From Bigelowiella natans CCMP2755 (Eukaryota > Protista > Cercozoa), in contig ADNK01000880.1 in assembly GCA_000320545.1 (NCBI GenBank), forward strand, positions 1 to 55,653: 55,653 bases of DNA, read 5' to 3'. This document shows positions 50,867 through 55,653 of this stretch, piece by piece. The position numbers and the translations under genes were made by a program. The notes beneath the pieces are model-generated. The model made no database searches and was not told the origin of the DNA. It saw nothing but the letters and a program-made list of their open reading frames with translations. Every line of letters starts with the position of its first letter. The stretch's first letter is position 1.

Positions 50867-51565
50867 GCATGGCGGCTGTCGCAGCCGCCTCACCCAAAAG
50901 GTCGCAGCGTGAGCGCCGCTTGCGCCGCACTCACGGCGTGCACAAGCAGACAAGCGATTTGAAGACATTGTTCTAGCATTGATCGATGCAGTCTGGCAGT
51001 GTGCAACTCATTGCTGCACGCGAGCTAGCACACCATGCATGATTCGATCGCGTCGTGTCGCTCTAGCGCTGCGTTGCGGGTGCTTCATTTGTGCACGTTG
51101 TTTCCACGCTGCCGCAACAGCCACAGAACGTGCCAGCTGGCAAGCCAGCGTCAGCGTGCAGCGAGCAGCTGGCACGCAACATGCACGTGGATTGTTGCCA
51201 TTCTGTGAGAATTCGCACACGTCTAGCTGGACATGCTAGCATGGCGTGCACCAGTGCACTGTGACAGCACACTGGCACGTGCACGTGCACATCACCAGGT
51301 GACACCAAGGGCACACCAGCACGGTTCTGGCAGCCTGCTAGCCTGTCTAGCTGTGCGTGATCGCTACTTTGGTCATTTTGACGTGCTGCGCACGCTTGCT
51401 CCGCGCGCATTGCATCATTCCGGCATTGCTCTCATTGCTGGCACTGGCTGCCACACTTGGACAAACTGAATGCTCGAATCGAACGGATCTTCCGGCCGAG
51501 ACGACCATCGCTTCGCCGAAGGTTCATTCTCATTGCGACAAGAACCTTGGCTTGTCGCAGACTCA
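50867..51565. other. TpA-depleted island 3
   Basis: Manual count: 8 TA, 7 CTAG and 1 CTAC. Confidence 0.88.
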
Positions 51566-51766
51566 ATATCGCAAGAAAATGGCTTAATTTCAGGCAAAGC
51601 GAAAACCGCTTACTGACGTGGCTAGACAAACGTCATCTGACCCACCTCAGAGCCTGCCCCTCCCCCGCTCCAAACTCCTTCTCTCGGCTCGGACCGCCTT
51701 CACAGTTGATCGTTTGGCTCCACACCTGCAGGCACCTTACGACCTGGCGAACGTGGAGGCAGAGAT

Positions 51767-52880
51767 ATGTTTAGCAATGATCGCAAGATTGGAATTGGGT
51801 TGACGGTAAGGGCTCCCACTTTTTTTGATTTCGCGGGAGCTTGAGGAATTATTTCCTGAGCCTGATTGTTGTTATTTCAAGGTGTTTGGGATAGTATTTA
51901 TGGTCCTCGGGGTGATATTTCTCTTCGACACATCGTAAGAGAAGCACAATACAACCAACATCTGTGTGTTGAAAAATGCGTGTGATCCTGCCTGTGTGCA
52001 GAGAATTATTTTCAAAAGGATGATGATTCCCCGCTTCCCTGACCTGACTTTGTCACTTATTCTCTCCACTCTAGATTATTAACCCTGGGAAATGTTCTTT
52101 TTGTTTCGGGAATCTGCACCTTAATCGGTAGGGGAAATAAGCGACAGCCGAAACTGCCAAAAACACTTACTGAGGCTTTGGTGTGTGTGTGTTTCCCTTC
52201 ATCTTTCAGGAATCACGCGGACGCTGAAGCTGTTCTTCGGGTACAAAACGCTTTCCTATTCCTGTATGCTTTATCACATTTCCAAACAGATATCACGGAA
52301 TTATCCCCCCCCTTTTTTCCTCTTACCGTTCGCACCCCTTTTGACAGATCCATAGATAGATGGGTAGGAACAGCCTTATTCTTCCTCGGCTTTCTTCTGG
52401 TGCTCTTCCGCTGGCCTATCATAGGTTCGAGTAACAAATCTTTCTTTGCTAGAATAAGTATCGAGTGTAACTTGGGAGTTTGTGAATGCATGTACACATG
52501 TGATAAATGGCACTCATACTTGCATGCTCTTCTGTGATAACCTTCTTCCCTACGATGCCTCAACTCTTCTATCGCTCTTAGGCATGATGATGGAGTGCTA
52601 TGGAATGTTCAAGTTGTTCTTCAAGTTCGGCCTTGTGATCAACCGCTTCCTTCATGTAAGGGCACTTGCGTTCGGATGTATCAGCTCCCCCCCCCTCCCC
52701 TTCCATGCTTTCTGCCTTGAAATACGAGCCACATCGTAGGCAAATCTCTTATGAAACTACCCATCCTCCCTTTCCTCATACAGCTCTCACCAGTCACAGG
52801 ACCGATCCTTCGGCTACCTATAGTGAAACGGTGCAGTAAAGTCGTAGATGAGATCGAGGGAGAGGGGGGGGGGGAAGAGG

Positions 52881-52915
<35 letters not shown>

Positions 52916-53066
52916 GATAAATTCCAGTAGTTCTGCATAGAGATTCGATTTTTTACCGATTGGTGAAATCCCTGCCCATGAATTTGCTCTGTATTCTTCT
53001 TTATGTAGGATGAAAGGTTTGTTTTCTTACTGCCTGGGAAGACAAGACAGTACACTTCCGATGTGA
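51767..53066 (+). CDS. GOT1: Golgi vesicle transport protein Got1/GOT1B, multi-exon
   Basis: MFSNDRKIGIGLT|VFGIVFMVLGVIFLFD..LLTLGNVLF..GITRTLKLFF..GTALFFLGFLLVLFRWPII|GMMMECYGMFKLF..ends STLPM. Confidence 0.92.
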
Positions 53067-53373
53067 CGACTGCTGCCTATACAACCATCATCGCCGGCAT
53101 GTTCTAAATCAGAGCGCCTTCTTCAGTTTCAACAAGCCACGAGCACCACCAGTTGGATGTATCTACTGCTTCGAGTCATGATGTTTATATGAAAACGAGG
53201 CGCAGGCAACACACACGCTGTGTTCTAGTGTACGACAGCAGTAAATAATGAAGAGCCTGTCCAACCTCAGTCTCCTGTAGATCTGGAGTTTTAAATTTGG
53301 TTAAAAGCAATGCTTCCAAAGTCATCATTTTCGTATCGTTTAAGCATCGTATACGAGTGGCGCTATCAGCGTA

Positions 53374-53407
<34 letters not shown>

Positions 53408-53607
53408 AGTTAAATATATGCTGATACATTTTTTTATGTGTGTATATACATTTGCATGCGCTGTACGGCAGTACAAACTAGCTAGATGTGGCTATACACG
53501 TACGCCATCATTGCCAGGCGGCCTGGGTGCTACATACTAGCATAGCATGGCTAGTCGTGGACAATGGCTCACGAATATGCATGCAGTCTCGCCTAGCATT
53601 CGCGCAG

Positions 53608-53700
53608 TCATGAGACGGATGTAGCGAACATGTTAAAAAATTTTGAACTGTCATCCTGATGCAAGTGTAACAAGTTGTGCAAAGCTGCGGCTACATCGCT
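53608..53700 (-). repeat. Dispersed degenerate intergenic repeat, copy 5
   Basis: Reverse complement reads GCGATGTAGCCGCAGCTTTGCAC..AGGATGAC..CTACATCCGTCTCAT. Confidence 0.7.
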
Positions 53701-54071
53701 TAAATCATGTTCATTTGCGCGCATCTATGACACATATGTTGATGCAAAGCTGTTTGACACATGTGGAGTACTACAGCGGCCGCACGTGTGAAAAAATCAA
53801 TGTGGCACATTGTCCCCAGCGCAGCTGCTCGCTTCTGGCACGTTCCAGCAAATTACGCTTTGCTGCGGACCACAAGCTTCGCTGATCATCATTGCAAATA
53901 GCCCTTTATCGCATACTAATTCACTGGCTCATCATTGGACATTTACGTCGGTAAGCATTTATTGCATACTGAGCTCTCAGGCTCCAGAGCAAGAGTTTGA
54001 TAATGCCAACAATATTGGCGAGATCGCTGTGATGTAGGTGACGGACCATGCATAAACCACGACTAATACTA

Positions 54072-54203
54072 CTAGCTTACATGAAATATTGGATCCCACA
54101 CCTGATGAGTAGTACGGCAGGACAGTGTGTGAAGAATACAGACGCGAGGAGAAAGCGAGGTGTAAAGCAGAGCGATAGGGAAAAGAAATAAATTACGGGT
54201 ACA

Positions 54204-54278
<75 letters not shown>

Positions 54279-55012
54279 TATTTATGTTTTAATATTATGC
54301 ACGCACCCATAAGTTGCAACCCCATTTTTCTCCAGCCTGATTATAGTCACGTATTATCATCAAGGGTGGTTGTTTTGATCATCGAGTGACTTAACACTGC
54401 CGCTCATTCATTCATTACCTGTGGAAAAACCGTTGCCTGTTTTCCCCCAAACCCTCCTCTCCACTTCTACTGCTACTGCTACTACCACTACTACTACAGC
54501 ATACTGCTGCTCCTCCTACTGCTCACGATGGGACAAGGCAGTGAATCAAGCACTACCTGGACGGGCTGGCCTTCGTGTAAGGACATTTCATCCGCATTTC
54601 CGTCGGGAAGCATGTTGTACCTGAATACAGCATTAGCAGCAGTTTGTGACTGATTAAAGCATTAGCAGCAGCAGCAGCAGCAGTAGCGATAGCGGTCACG
54701 ATACGATCCACATAATAACATGGAAATGTTACAGAAAAGGGCAAATGCACAGGAGCAGCCGCTCTGCGTAGGAGGCGTGCAGTTGTTGCGGGGATAATGA
54801 GATTTCGGGCATGTGACGATGATGCTATATATATATGTAATATACGATGAATGGTGCTTGGAATACACATATGGAGAGGCTGTATTGGTAGCATGCATAT
54901 GATTGAGTCGTTGTGTCGCGGTGATGATGACGGCGACTACGTACCACAAGATAGCCGATCCCGCTCGAGGCGTCACCTTTGGCAAATTCCATGGTTCAGG
55001 CACACCATAACG

Positions 55013-55046
<34 letters not shown>

Positions 55047-55279
55047 CACTTCTAGTAGTAGTGGGACAAAGAAGGACAGAAAAAACAACGTCTGCAATAA
55101 CCCCACACCTGCACAACCCCATCGTCATAATGTATAGCACCGCCGCTGCTGCTGCAATATCTACATCTACTACTACTACAATACCTGCAGCCCCTTCCTT
55201 CCGAAGGCAAGCGGAAAGGCTGTTCCCCCGCCCTGTGGTAGGTTAGGATAACTATCAGTGAGGGGTGAAATGATCACAG

Positions 55280-55319
<40 letters not shown>

Positions 55320-55415
55320 CCGAATGATGACCTTATCGGCAGATTTTAGATACATGAAGAGCGTGGCAAATCGTTGCGGCGGCGACCCTGAAATAGATAG
55401 AGAAAAAGGCGCCAC

Positions 55416-55454
<39 letters not shown>

Positions 55455-55653
55455 ATCAGGATTGTGCAAAAGGAGGAGGCAGGCGGGGAAAGGACAGCAT
55501 GACGCAATTGGTCCAGGATGATTGTTTCAGTGCAAATCTGAATTTACGAGTGAAATTCATTCTCTCTATCTAACAATATACCAATACACATGCTGCTTTT
55601 ACGCGCATATCCTTATCCCCCCCCCCCCTCTTTCCCTCTGTCTTGATCTATCA
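54072..55653 (-). CDS. Prolyl 4-hydroxylase alpha-like 2OG-Fe(II) oxygenase, 3' exons (continues beyond the window)
   Basis: Exons QRFATLFMYL, GTAFP, VTPRAGSAILW|YNMLPDG..SLHEGQPV, GEKWGCNLW, VWDPIFHVS stop. Confidence 0.85.

Noticed and set aside
155-55521. Many short ORFs with poly-YI, poly-CV, poly-S, poly-L or poly-E
   Set aside because: These are translations of intronic microsatellites or antisense frames of real exons.

Overview
Eukaryotic nuclear DNA with many GT-AG introns filled with microsatellites; a bipartite-looking leader on one gene suggests a complex-plastid alga such as a chlorarachniophyte (inference). About 14 genes: an RGG/PAM2 protein, OGFOD1/Tpa1 prolyl hydroxylase, a large Clu-domain + Zn-finger + ankyrin protein, a CCR4/nocturnin/Angel-family EEP phosphatase, PDK1, an intronless GST, a NOL1/NOP2/Sun methyltransferase, a RING-H2 protein, GOT1, a prolyl 4-hydroxylase 3' part, and four hypotheticals. 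Exon boundaries were read by eye. The main signal is three islands (about 30690-33490, 47500-48435, 50867-51565) where TpA is almost absent. By manual count 24 TA remain in about 4.2 kb of island core, 18 of them in CTAG. The largest island holds a LINE 3' fragment whose 265-codon ORF has no Tyr, and repeat copies there differ by TA->CA or TA->TG. This looks like repeat-targeted, double-stranded A:T->G:C hypermutation, the opposite direction to fungal RIP. No causal enzyme is visible in the window.
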